This document shows, piece by piece, positions 34,877 to 44,054 of a DNA stretch of 62,441 nt; the stretch's first letter is position 1, and each line of letters begins with the position of its first letter. Both the position numbers and the translations under genes were made by a program. The stretch spans positions 1 through 62,441 of the forward strand of contig JACQRW010000006.1 of the NCBI GenBank assembly GCA_016206285.1, given 5' to 3'. Origin of the DNA: Candidatus Sungiibacteriota bacterium (lineage in GTDB: Bacteria > Patescibacteriota > Minisyncoccia > Sungbacterales > HO2-52-23). The notes beneath the pieces are model-generated. The model did no database searches. It was given only the letters and a program-made list of their open reading frames with translations, and was not told where the DNA came from.

Positions 34877-36752
34877 AAAACTCCTTGTTCATCTCTTTAT
34901 CTTCTTTGGCGACTTTGAATTCAGTATCGTCAATTTCGCTCGCATTCACATAGAGCTGATTTTTATTCAGCGTCTGGAGCAGGATTGATTTTTGCTTTTT
35001 GAGCGGCAGTTCCTTGAATTCAGCGATATGTTCTTCAAACGCTTTGAGATCAACACTGTAGTTGAAAAACGACTTTTCTTTCATTTCCTGCCATATTTTC
35101 AAAAGCATTTTTGTGTCTTTTGCCTTTTCAATCTCATCAATAAACCGCTCGTTATATTTCATCAGTTCGCAATACACAAAATCCCCGCCGCCTTTCCACC
35201 CGACCGCCTCGGATATGCCGCCCTGCTCTCCGGCAAGCGCTTTTTTCAATCGCTCAATCGTGACTTTTTCCACATAGTCCATCTGCTCGCATAAAATAAA
35301 CTGCCGCTTCATTTTCATCGCCACTGCCCCGCTGGTCCCGCTTCCGGCAAAAAAATCCAGGACGATATCACCCTCTTTGCTTCCGATTTCAAAAATTCTT
35401 TGCAAAAGTCGTTCTGGTTTTGGGGTAGAAAAGTTTTCATCAAGGATGTCGTGGACTTCTCGTTTTGATTCTTGGTTATCTCCGACCTCTGACCGAAACC
35501 ATAGCGTTTTTGAAACTAATCCCCCTTGTACCTCGGAGAGAAAAGTTTTCAGCCGCGGAAATCCGTCTCCATTTTTACCAAACCAGATTCTATTATCTTT
35601 TACCAGTTCATCAAATTTTTCCTTCGTGAACCGCCAACTCCTGCTTTTCGGCGGATTAATGATTTTACCTGATGGTGTAGTAATGGGATAGTCCGTCGCC
35701 TTTGAGTATGTTTTTACTGACGGGTTATCAGACATCCATGAGCCACGAGGATCGTTATCAAGATTTCTGTAGGCAGCGTTCGCTTTTTCCGTTCTTGATA
35801 GTAAGTAAGGCCTCCATGTGGATTTATTTTTTGCATAAAGTAGAATATGATCATGACTATCCGACAACCACTTTGAATCATTTTGCGGAGAGTATTTTTT
35901 CTCCCACACCACATTCGCGACAAAATTGTCGCGGCCAAACACTTCATCGCACAACACTTTGAGATAGTGCGATTCGGTGTCGTCTATGTTGATCCAGATG
36001 CTTCCGTCATCGCGCAATAATGCCCGCGCCGCTTCCAGGCGGTTTTTCATGAATGTCAGCCATGTGGAATGGTTGAAATTGTCGTTGTAGCCGAATGAGT
36101 CATTGCCGGTATTGTACGGCGGGTCAATGTAGATGAGTTTTACTTTTTGCTGGAATTGCGTTTTGAGCGTGTGGAGCGCCAGGAGATTATTGCCTTTGAT
36201 GATGAGATTTTCGCGGATCGTGCCGTCGGTGTCGCGTCTTAACTGGATTCCCGCTTTCGCGGGAATGACACGGGAGGGTGTGTACCGTTTCCAGTTGGTT
36301 AAAACTTTTGGAGCAAATAATTTGTCTATGTCGTCATGCGCCAAAATTTCGTTGAAAAATATCTCTTTTCGCTTCTCGCTATCTTTGGTCATCCCGCCCT
36401 CCAGCACACCATCTTTAAAAGGCCAAACTAAAGCCACCTCTTTGCGCTCATTGAGAAACTTGCCGCCGATGGTAAGACCGATTTTGTTTTTGAATTTCGT
36501 GTACGAATCGTTGAGAAAATGCTTGTCCTGGATATAGGCAACAAAATCGTTAATATTGAAAATCCAATGCTCTTGAATTTGCGCAAAAAACTTCTTTTTG
36601 ATTTCTGGACGCAAAAGCAAAAGTTCCACAAGCCCTTTATCTGCTTTATACGCCTTGTCCATCACTTCGCTTTTCAGAAGTTCCCCGTCAGCATCCAAAA
36701 ACCGCTTATCAGTCTTCAGCAACGTCTCCAGTTTTTGAGAAAAATCTTGCAT
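34869..36752 (-). CDS. mod: Type III DNA methyltransferase Mod (N6/N4 amino-methyltransferase)
   Basis: IYIDPPYNTG catalytic motif; FFAGSGTSG SAM-binding motif. Confidence 0.9.
   Translation of the reverse strand: MQDFSQKLETLLKTDKRFLDADGELLKSEVMDKAYKADKGLVELLLLRPEIKKKFFAQIQEHWIFNINDFVAYIQDKHFLNDSYTKFKNKIGLTIGGKFLNERKEVALVWPFKDGVLEGGMTKDSEKRKEIFFNEILAHDDIDKLFAPKVLTNWKRYTPSRVIPAKAGIQLRRDTDGTIRENLIIKGNNLLALHTLKTQFQQKVKLIYIDPPYNTGNDSFGYNDNFNHSTWLTFMKNRLEAARALLRDDGSIWINIDDTESHYLKVLCDEVFGRDNFVANVVWEKKYSPQNDSKWLSDSHDHILLYAKNKSTWRPYLLSRTEKANAAYRNLDNDPRGSWMSDNPSVKTYSKATDYPITTPSGKIINPPKSRSWRFTKEKFDELVKDNRIWFGKNGDGFPRLKTFLSEVQGGLVSKTLWFRSEVGDNQESKREVHDILDENFSTPKPERLLQRIFEIGSKEGDIVLDFFAGSGTSGAVAMKMKRQFILCEQMDYVEKVTIERLKKALAGEQGGISEAVGWKGGGDFVYCELMKYNERFIDEIEKAKDTKMLLKIWQEMKEKSFFNYSVDLKAFEEHIAEFKELPLKKQKSILLQTLNKNQLYVNASEIDDTEFKVAKEDKEMNKEFYG
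36243..36270. repeat. Half copy (single hairpin unit) of the GC-rich palindromic element inside mod
   Basis: ctggattcccgctttcgcgggaatgaca is the exact reverse complement of 22961..22988. It encodes VIPAKAGIQ. Confidence 0.85.
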
Positions 36753-36759
36753 ATCCCCT

Positions 36760-36787
36760 ATCCTACTCCGTTATGCCGCTTTTTCAA
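36760..36787 (-). promoter_or_regulatory. mod promoter, near-leaderless geometry
   Basis: Minus strand: TTGAAA-16 nt-TAGGAT-7 nt-ATG. Confidence 0.45.
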
Positions 36788-36810
36788 ATTTTTTCCGTCG
36801 TTTGTACCTG

Positions 36811-37728
36811 TTACCTTGCCTGCTGGCGCACGAGCAGAATGCGCGCGAGCGAGTCTGGGATGGTGGAGCTGCCTGTTTTTATTTTATAGTCTTCAATAAA
36901 AAAATTCTGCAGCATGGCGCGAAGCTCTGAAACCGGGATTTTTTGCACCAGCGCTTTTCCTTTTGTTGCGACAAACGGAGCAATCTTATACTGCCCGGGT
37001 ATTGGTTCGCGCCGCTGGACATATGCATGGATAATAAGCAGTGTCCGGCAGTATCCGGCCAGATACGAGTAAAGGGGAAACTCCTCCTGCCCGGAGGCCA
37101 ATATCTTCGGCAATGCAACAAGCGCGCGGCGGGGCGCGGCCATAAAGAGGTCGCCGAATTCAAAAATAGATACCGCGCCGGACATGACTTTATGTTTTTC
37201 GGGCTGTGGCTGCACCGCCAGTTTTTCAAGCTCGTTTGCGATCATCCAGAGATCGCTTCCCAAAGATACCAGATACCCTATATCCGCAGACGAGATTGTT
37301 ATCTCCCGCTTCTTTGCTTCAGCAGCTATCCATTTCCGCAACTCTGCCGGAGCAAGCGGCTGGAATTCCCCAACCTCTCCTTTGGAAAGTTTCAATTCCG
37401 CCAGCCGCTTTGTGCCCTCTTTGCCAAGATCGGGATCCCATGCAATGACCAGCGTGTCCGCATCCGTTCTCGCCCGCTTCGCAATCAAGGCAAGTTCCTC
37501 AAAACCATTTCCACTTGAAAGGCTATATTTTACCACAATCAATTTCCGCTTCGAAAAAAGCGATCCTGCCTCGGCAAGCTGCTTGATTCTCGATACATCA
37601 TCTTCTTCGGCGTCAATCACATGAACATCAGCCCTCCGATTTGAGTCGGAGGACTGGTATTCGGCTATCATCTCATTCAATTTTTCCCGGCTCCGGTACG
37701 TATCCGGACCGTAGAGAACGTGGAGCAT
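36811..37728 (-). CDS. holA: DNA polymerase III delta subunit-like
   Basis: The MLHVLYGPDTYRSREKL N-terminus and 305-aa size are typical of HolA. Confidence 0.65.
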   Translation of the reverse strand: MLHVLYGPDTYRSREKLNEMIAEYQSSDSNRRADVHVIDAEEDDVSRIKQLAEAGSLFSKRKLIVVKYSLSSGNGFEELALIAKRARTDADTLVIAWDPDLGKEGTKRLAELKLSKGEVGEFQPLAPAELRKWIAAEAKKREITISSADIGYLVSLGSDLWMIANELEKLAVQPQPEKHKVMSGAVSIFEFGDLFMAAPRRALVALPKILASGQEEFPLYSYLAGYCRTLLIIHAYVQRREPIPGQYKIAPFVATKGKALVQKIPVSELRAMLQNFFIEDYKIKTGSSTIPDSLARILLVRQQAR

Positions 37729-37740
37729 GAGAAATACAAA

Positions 37741-38031
37741 TTATCCCGCAAGTTTCTCTTGAATATCTTTGACTTTAATCACATCCTCAATAGTGCGTTT
37801 CCCTGCTTCTAATTCCTGCGCCATCTCAATACCGCGATCTTTGAAACGCTCAACACTCCCAATACTGCCACCTGTATTTTCCAGTTGTTCTTCAAAAAAA
37901 GCACCAACAATCTCCGCCTGAACATTCGGCGGAAATTTAGCAAGATTTTCAGGGTTGCTCAAAAACGCACGCACATCCTGTTCGCTCCCCCGATCAATTA
38001 CCTCTTTTAATTGTACATAGATATTATCCAT
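37741..38031 (-). CDS. Hypothetical protein
   Basis: 96-aa ORF in an operon-like position; no family recognised. Confidence 0.4.
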   Translation of the reverse strand: MDNIYVQLKEVIDRGSEQDVRAFLSNPENLAKFPPNVQAEIVGAFFEEQLENTGGSIGSVERFKDRGIEMAQELEAGKRTIEDVIKVKDIQEKLAG

Positions 38032-38054
38032 GGGAGTGATTAAGTTATTAGCTG

Positions 38055-39155
38055 TTATGCGGCAAATTTATAGCCCTTCAATACATCTTCAAACATACTG
38101 CCAAAAAGAGAACCCCACGATCCGCGCATCTGTGCCATTTGTTTTTTGAGAAATGCGGCACGAAACTCCGCCTCATTGGGTTTTTTCTTTGCCTTTTGTT
38201 GTTCAGCTTTGTACTGTTCCCATTCGTCATTTGCCGCATCAACGCCACCGGAAAACATATGTGAAGCGTCGGCAAAACTCATCGGAATTCCCTCTTTTGT
38301 TTCCGCATCGCTTTCATTCTTCAGTTCGTTTACAAAAGTTTGGCGCACTTCCGTATGTTCATCAAGACTTAAATTGAGCGCCCCGCCGACATCCGCAAGG
38401 TAGCCGTTGAGTTCGTTGAGTTTTTCTTCCATGGCAGACCGCTGTCCCAGAAGCAATGTGGCACGATCAGTGGCAAGCATGCCTCCAGTAAGAAAATTCG
38501 CCACTTTTCCAAAACGCGACATTCGCTCTTTTATCAGACTCCGCAAGGCATTTTCCCGCTCTGCATTGTCCTGAATCTGGTAAATATCGGCGATATTGCT
38601 ATCCTTGAGTCCGAATTTTTGGTAAAGCGTTTCAACCTGCTCGTCTTTCTTACGATACTCGCCCTGTTGGTACGCCTCAACCTGGCGTATTTTATCTTCA
38701 ATCTCTTTGAGACGGTCCGGCGCTTTCACGGCAACAAGCTCGATATGCCTTTCAATGAGCGCGCGCGTCCTATCCGCGCCAATACCGTTCACAAAACTCT
38801 TCATGTACCCCTCGTCCTTGCCGGGTATATTTTCCGCATCGGCAATATTGGCAAGCTGCTCGGCGGTCAAAGATTCGAGAAGTTTTTTCGTCGCTAGAAT
38901 GCGTCCTTCGAGCTTTTGCCGGGCTTGTTCAAGTTTGCCGATATCTCCTTCTTTAAGTTTATTCTCTGCCAGACGCTCAGTGAGCGTTTTTTGTTCTTCA
39001 TCCTTGCCTTGATTATCCTGATCCAATATAAACTTAAACAGTTCGCTTCTATGTTGATCCTGCATCACCGCCCCAAGCTCCAATGTCGGATCTTTCGGTC
39101 CGGTTTCCTTTTCTTGCGCTTCTTGCTTTGCTTTTTTGAGTTCCTCAATAGCCAT
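38055..39155 (-). CDS. Hypothetical coiled-coil-rich protein
   Basis: 366 aa, rich in E/K/Q heptad-like segments. Confidence 0.5.
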   Translation of the reverse strand: MAIEELKKAKQEAQEKETGPKDPTLELGAVMQDQHRSELFKFILDQDNQGKDEEQKTLTERLAENKLKEGDIGKLEQARQKLEGRILATKKLLESLTAEQLANIADAENIPGKDEGYMKSFVNGIGADRTRALIERHIELVAVKAPDRLKEIEDKIRQVEAYQQGEYRKKDEQVETLYQKFGLKDSNIADIYQIQDNAERENALRSLIKERMSRFGKVANFLTGGMLATDRATLLLGQRSAMEEKLNELNGYLADVGGALNLSLDEHTEVRQTFVNELKNESDAETKEGIPMSFADASHMFSGGVDAANDEWEQYKAEQQKAKKKPNEAEFRAAFLKKQMAQMRGSWGSLFGSMFEDVLKGYKFAA

Positions 39156-39164
39156 AATTATAGG

Positions 39165-41903
39165 TTAAAAGTATTTTTTCTGTTCTCCCCAATTATACCC
39201 CGCCTTTGCGTCCACCACAAGCGGGACTTCGAGATCGGCAACGCTTTCCATAATGTGTTTTATCTGCGGAATAAGCTTTTCCGCGCGGCTCTCGGCAATC
39301 TCAAACACCAGTTCATCGTGCACCTGCAAAAGCATGCGGACATATTGGCCGAATTTTTCCCTATCCACCCACTCACGCACCTTTACCATGGCAAGCTTGA
39401 TAATGTCACCTGTAGCGCTGCCCTGCACCGGCATGTTTACGGCCATGCGCTCGGCCTCGCGCCGCAGCTGGAAATTCGGCGAGAAAATTTCGGGGATATA
39501 TCTGCGCCTGCCAAAGATCGTTTCCACATACCCATGCTCGCGCGCAAACTCTTTCGTATTTTCTATGAAAGCCGCGATGCCGGAAAAATCGCGGAAGTAT
39601 TCATCAATGAAACGCTTGGCATCTGGCCGCGAAAATCCGGTTGCCTCGGCAAACGCATTTTGCCCCATGCCGTAGAGTACGCCAAAATTGAGCGTCTTTG
39701 CCGCACGGCGCAATTCAGGCGTCACCGCCTCCGGCGCTACATGATACACGGCCGCCGCGGTAATGGTATGGATGTCGGCTCCGTTTCGGAACGCCTCGAT
39801 CATTTTTTCATCGTGCGCCATGTGTGCGGCGACGCGAAGCTCAATCTGCGAGTAGTCAAACGACACCAGCAAAAAATCTTTGTCGGCAACAAATGCCTTG
39901 CGCACTTCGCGTCCGTATTCGGACAAGATGGGAATATTCTGCAGATTCGGGTTGGACGACGAAAGCCTGCCGGTTGACGCGCCGGTCTGATTGAATGTTG
40001 TGTGCAGCCGGCCGTCCGCCGGATCAACCAATTCCGGAAGCGCGTCCACATAGGTGTTTTTGAGCTTCGCAAGTTCGCGGTAACCAAGCACTTTTTCTAT
40101 GATGGGGTTCTCGCTCTTCAGTTTCTCAAGCTCGGACTCGCGCGTGGAGATCACGCCGCCTTTCGCGGTCTTGCGAAGCCCCTGAGTGCCGATGCCGAGC
40201 GTGCTGAATAAAACATGGGAAAGCTGCTGCGAGGAATTAATATTGAACTCGCTTCCGGCAAGAGCATAGATATCTTCGGTTAATTTTTTCAGTTCGCGAT
40301 CAAGCTTCTTTCCGATCTGCGCCAGCAGTTTCTGGTCAAGCAAAATACCGCAATCCTCCATATCCGCCAGCACCGGAGCAAGAGGCAGCTCAATGTCCCG
40401 GAACATACGCTCCGCGTTCGCAGCCGCAAGCTTAGCCTGCAAAGAAACAACTACTTCAAAAAAATACCGCAGATCATCGGCAACATTCGCCTGCACAGGC
40501 CACCCCAGTTCGCGCGATGCCACGGCATCCCACGAAAAATTCCCTGCCGAAGAATCAACCAGATACGCGGCAAGCATGGAGTCGAATTCGATCTCCCCTG
40601 CCTTGATACCTTGCGCCCCGAGAAACCGGATAATGGATTTCGCGTCATGACATGCAAACCCGCCGGCTTCAAAAAATTTTTTGGCATCGCGGCACTGCAG
40701 CGTTATATCATCCAGTAGAAACATTCTCACATTCTCAAGAATATTGGAATGTTTATTAAATCTCTTCTTCGTGGTTGGTTCGTCTATAATACAGATGCGC
40801 CCATCAATAAGCAGCAGTCCGATATGGTTACGCTGCCCGCCACCTTTTAGATACGCACTGAACCCTTTTGCGCTTCGGATCATGGGTATCTCCTTCTTTT
40901 CTTGCACAACTCCGGCAACACCAGCTTGGTCGGGCAGATCCAGCAGCGAAGGTTGCGCCGCAACCGTTTCTTTTGTTTTGCGTTTTCCTTTTTTCCCCGC
41001 GTCTTTTTCCGCACCAACAGTGCCTGCAAATCCCGGCAGCCGCTTGATTAAACTTAAAAATCCGTACTTTCGAAAAATTTCCGCGGCAGCGGCCTCGTGC
41101 GATCCGTCATGCCACATTACATCTTCCGGCTTCACTTCAATGGGCACATGCTGGTCTATTCGCGCAAGCTCCCGCGAAAACAGAGCATCTTCTTTCCCTT
41201 CGCGCAATTTGGCAGCAACCGTCTCAGAGATTTCCGCTTTTCCTTTTTCAAGCGCCCCATAGATACCATCAATCGAACCGAATTTCTGAAGCAGATCAGT
41301 TGCGGTTTTCTCGCCGATCCCTTTCACGCCTTTAATGTTGTCCGATACGTCCCCTTTCAGCCCTTTGAAGTCAATCAGCTGCTCCGGTTCAAGGCCGTAC
41401 CGCCGGCGCACCTCCTCTTCGCCGTACTCCGCGATATCGTTGACACCCTGCTTCATCGTATATACTTTCACGTTGGGACGCACCAGCTGCAAGGCATCCG
41501 AATCTCCGGTGATGATAATCACCTCACAGTCTTCTTCATCTGAAAGTTCCCGCGTCATGGTACCGATAATATCATCCGCCTCGTAGCCCTCTTTCTGGAA
41601 CACCGGTATACCGAACGCCTCCACCAGTTCATGCACTTTTGCAAACTGGCTTTTCAGTTCTTCCGGCGCCGGCGGCCGATGCGCTTTGTATTCCGCATAC
41701 TGTTCGTGCCGAAATGTCTTGCCGGGCATATCAAAAGCCGCGGCCAGATAGTCCGGCTGCAATTCTTTTAAAATCCGCAGCAAGATGGATGCGAATCCGT
41801 ACACCGCGTTCACCGGCTCTCCTCCGTTTGCCGTCAGCGGCGGCAGAGCATGGAACGCCCGATGAATAATCGCATGCGAATCAATGAGTACTATTTTTTT
41901 CAT
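39165..41903 (-). CDS. polA: DNA polymerase I
   Basis: 5'-nuclease N-terminus MKKIVLIDSHAIIHRAF; DYSQIELR, KTLNFGVLYGM and QVHDELVFE polymerase motifs. The longer ORF start at 42017 overlaps a separate small ORF. Confidence 0.9.
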   Translation of the reverse strand: MKKIVLIDSHAIIHRAFHALPPLTANGGEPVNAVYGFASILLRILKELQPDYLAAAFDMPGKTFRHEQYAEYKAHRPPAPEELKSQFAKVHELVEAFGIPVFQKEGYEADDIIGTMTRELSDEEDCEVIIITGDSDALQLVRPNVKVYTMKQGVNDIAEYGEEEVRRRYGLEPEQLIDFKGLKGDVSDNIKGVKGIGEKTATDLLQKFGSIDGIYGALEKGKAEISETVAAKLREGKEDALFSRELARIDQHVPIEVKPEDVMWHDGSHEAAAAEIFRKYGFLSLIKRLPGFAGTVGAEKDAGKKGKRKTKETVAAQPSLLDLPDQAGVAGVVQEKKEIPMIRSAKGFSAYLKGGGQRNHIGLLLIDGRICIIDEPTTKKRFNKHSNILENVRMFLLDDITLQCRDAKKFFEAGGFACHDAKSIIRFLGAQGIKAGEIEFDSMLAAYLVDSSAGNFSWDAVASRELGWPVQANVADDLRYFFEVVVSLQAKLAAANAERMFRDIELPLAPVLADMEDCGILLDQKLLAQIGKKLDRELKKLTEDIYALAGSEFNINSSQQLSHVLFSTLGIGTQGLRKTAKGGVISTRESELEKLKSENPIIEKVLGYRELAKLKNTYVDALPELVDPADGRLHTTFNQTGASTGRLSSSNPNLQNIPILSEYGREVRKAFVADKDFLLVSFDYSQIELRVAAHMAHDEKMIEAFRNGADIHTITAAAVYHVAPEAVTPELRRAAKTLNFGVLYGMGQNAFAEATGFSRPDAKRFIDEYFRDFSGIAAFIENTKEFAREHGYVETIFGRRRYIPEIFSPNFQLRREAERMAVNMPVQGSATGDIIKLAMVKVREWVDREKFGQYVRMLLQVHDELVFEIAESRAEKLIPQIKHIMESVADLEVPLVVDAKAGYNWGEQKKYF

Positions 41904-41941
41904 AGAAATCGAGGACCCGCGCGAGTCCTCTTGTCTTTTAC

Positions 41942-42109
41942 CTATGGCCACAAAACGACTTCGTCTTTTTTCCGATAAAGCGCTTGTTGATCCTTCAGAC
42001 ATATGCGATGACACCATTTACCGCCGTCCAACGCCCCATCCTCAGGCTTCTCTATCAGCTTCGGGCAATACGTGCATTCTTCCGGCTTCCATTTTGTGCC
42101 AAATTGCAT
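41942..42109 (-). CDS. Small Cys-rich (zinc-ribbon-like) hypothetical protein, 55 aa
   Basis: Manual read: MQFGTKWKPEECTYCPKL...GKWCHRICLKD... preceded by SD AAGGAGG. Below the ORF-track size cutoff. Confidence 0.45.
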   Translation of the reverse strand: MQFGTKWKPEECTYCPKLIEKPEDGALDGGKWCHRICLKDQQALYRKKDEVVLWP

Positions 42110-42231
42110 ATTTTTTCCTCCTTAAAAGAGCTTTTGTTTATACTTACATCCATAGTAAAGATATAGAGAGCGTTCAGCAAGCCCCGTTAGAAATAGCAAA
42201 CGGTATAAAATTTCTCATGGGGCAAGCGGCT

Positions 42232-43113
42232 TCAACGATGCACTGCATGTACAAATTCTTTAATGTGATCTTCAAGCGCGCGGCGTGCGGTCCAGCCAAA
42301 CTCATGCCGCGCCCTGGCGGTGTTCACACTCGCGGACATGCGATTGCCCTTGCGTTCCGGCAACATCGTTATCGGCGCGCCAAACATCTGCGCCACATCC
42401 AAAATGCTATAGCTCGCCTCCGCACCAAGCCCGTACTCATCCCCCTCCCCCGCATCTCCCACCGCGATCAACCCGGCCACAATGTCGTCCACGTGCGTGA
42501 AATTGCGCACCTGCGTGCCCGGCGATACCACCGTCAGCGGCTTTCCGGCACGGTACTGCTCCTTGAAAATTCCGATCACCGTGGCATACGGCCCGGTTGA
42601 TATTTCCCGGGGTCCGTACACATTATAAAAGTAGGTGATTGCATACGGCAATCCAAACCACGATCCGTAATTGCGCACCAGATCCGTATTGCTCGCCTTG
42701 GTCCACGCATACGGGCTTTGATCGCGCCCAAGCCCCCCATCCCCGAACTTCGTGCTTGATCCGGCATAGACCATCTTTATACCGCGCTTCCTGCAAAATT
42801 CGAGTACACGAAACGTGCCCGCTGCATTGGACTCCCACACCCGTTCCATATCGTCAAAACTTTTCTCCACCCGCGAATATTCTCCCAGATGAAACACCAC
42901 ATCCGGCTTGATCGTAATCAGCCGTTCAATATCGCGCGTATCTCCGCGCGCATATGCCGCACCCGCGATATGATTCTCCTCTTTTCCTGTCGAATAATTA
43001 TCCAGAGAATACACTTCGCAATCTCCCCGTTTCAAAAGCCCCGCAACCAAATGAGATCCGATAAACCCGGCTCCGCCCGTGATTAAAATCTTTTTCTTTC
43101 GTGGTCTCATCAA
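42232..43113 (-). CDS. NAD-dependent epimerase/dehydratase (SDR family)
   Basis: ILITGGAGFIGSHL Rossmann motif and a YxxxK-type SDR pattern. Confidence 0.85.
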   Translation of the reverse strand: MMRPRKKKILITGGAGFIGSHLVAGLLKRGDCEVYSLDNYSTGKEENHIAGAAYARGDTRDIERLITIKPDVVFHLGEYSRVEKSFDDMERVWESNAAGTFRVLEFCRKRGIKMVYAGSSTKFGDGGLGRDQSPYAWTKASNTDLVRNYGSWFGLPYAITYFYNVYGPREISTGPYATVIGIFKEQYRAGKPLTVVSPGTQVRNFTHVDDIVAGLIAVGDAGEGDEYGLGAEASYSILDVAQMFGAPITMLPERKGNRMSASVNTARARHEFGWTARRALEDHIKEFVHAVHR

Positions 43114-43148
43114 TCATTACAACGCACGTTCCGCCCATTCCGTATCAC

Positions 43149-43586
43149 TTAAATCTTACTCGCGCAATTAAACATCCACTGCACGCCGTACTTATCCGTG
43201 CATGATCCAAAATATCCTCCCCAAAACATTTCTTGCAGATTCATTTCCGTCTTACCGCCCGCGGAAAGTGCGGCAAACAGCCGGTCTGTCTCAGCCCGCG
43301 TATCCGGTTCAAGATTGATATATGTGCTATTTCCCCGTATCACGGTAAACCCCATGGACTGCGGAGCATCCGTACCCATAAGCACATGCCCACCCAGTAT
43401 CGGCAGCTCCACATGCATGACCAGGTTCTTGTCCTGCTCGCTCATCGCAGGCGCACCCTCCTGCGCCGGCACCTCGGAAAATCGGGAAATCCCATTCGTA
43501 AACTCACCTCCGAATATAGACTTATAAAATTCAAACGCCTCCTCCGTCTCTCGCGTAAAATTTAAATAGGTACTTACTCGCGCCAT
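43149..43586 (-). CDS. VOC/glyoxalase-fold protein (PhnB-like)
   Basis: The N-terminus ...YLNFTRETEEAFEFYKSIFGGEF is typical of the PhnB/3-demethylubiquinone methyltransferase-like VOC family. Confidence 0.7.
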   Translation of the reverse strand: MARVSTYLNFTRETEEAFEFYKSIFGGEFTNGISRFSEVPAQEGAPAMSEQDKNLVMHVELPILGGHVLMGTDAPQSMGFTVIRGNSTYINLEPDTRAETDRLFAALSAGGKTEMNLQEMFWGGYFGSCTDKYGVQWMFNCASKI

Positions 43587-43671
43587 AGTGTAATGTTTTT
43601 TAGATTAATAATCCTCGCTTTTAGATCCTATACTTGTCAATATATATTTACAAGAAGACTAATATCCTCTA

Positions 43672-43878
43672 TTAGCCTTTAAGTAAGGGATATTTTGATT
43701 TTTTCCTTGTTATCCGCAAGAACAAATCCATCTCATCCCTCCACTTTCCAATCCCCACCGAGATCTTCCCCCTCAGCGCATCCAAAACCTTCACCTCTAC
43801 CCCAAAATCCGCCTCCTCATCTTTGGGAAACCGAAAAATAAGACCATTGTTTACCTCCACCTTCGTAAGAATTTTCAT
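43672..43878 (-). CDS. Hypothetical small protein (weak call)
   Basis: 68-aa ORF with no clear RBS, in an AT-rich segment. Confidence 0.25.
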   Translation of the reverse strand: MKILTKVEVNNGLIFRFPKDEEADFGVEVKVLDALRGKISVGIGKWRDEMDLFLRITRKKSKYPLLKG

Positions 43879-44054
43879 GACTGGATCTGGTGCTATTCAC
43901 ACAATCCACTCCCTTGAATTCAATGCAGGAGTACATGCAATTGGTTTGGTAGTTTTCGAGTAGTGCTCCGATGCGGGCGGTTTTGGTTTTATTCACTTCC
44001 TCCCCTCTTTCTTTGGCACGCCCCATTGCCATGCGATGTAGCGGGTGAAGAAAT

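Noticed and set aside
39165-42017. Longest-ORF starts for polA (42017), the exonuclease-WYL gene (15188), the archease-like gene (18959), pilB (51207), the SLT gene (31525), the patatin-like gene (16743) and the NYN-like gene (12257)
   Set aside because: In each case an internal start matches the conserved family N-terminus and is supported by an SD or a leaderless promoter. The extensions overlap promoters, repeats or neighbouring ORFs.
43817-44032. 71-aa minus-strand ORF between the 68-aa ORF and the second Fic gene
   Set aside because: It has no RBS or promoter support and an odd composition, and it overlaps the neighbouring weak ORF. This is probably non-coding spacer within the AT-rich segment.
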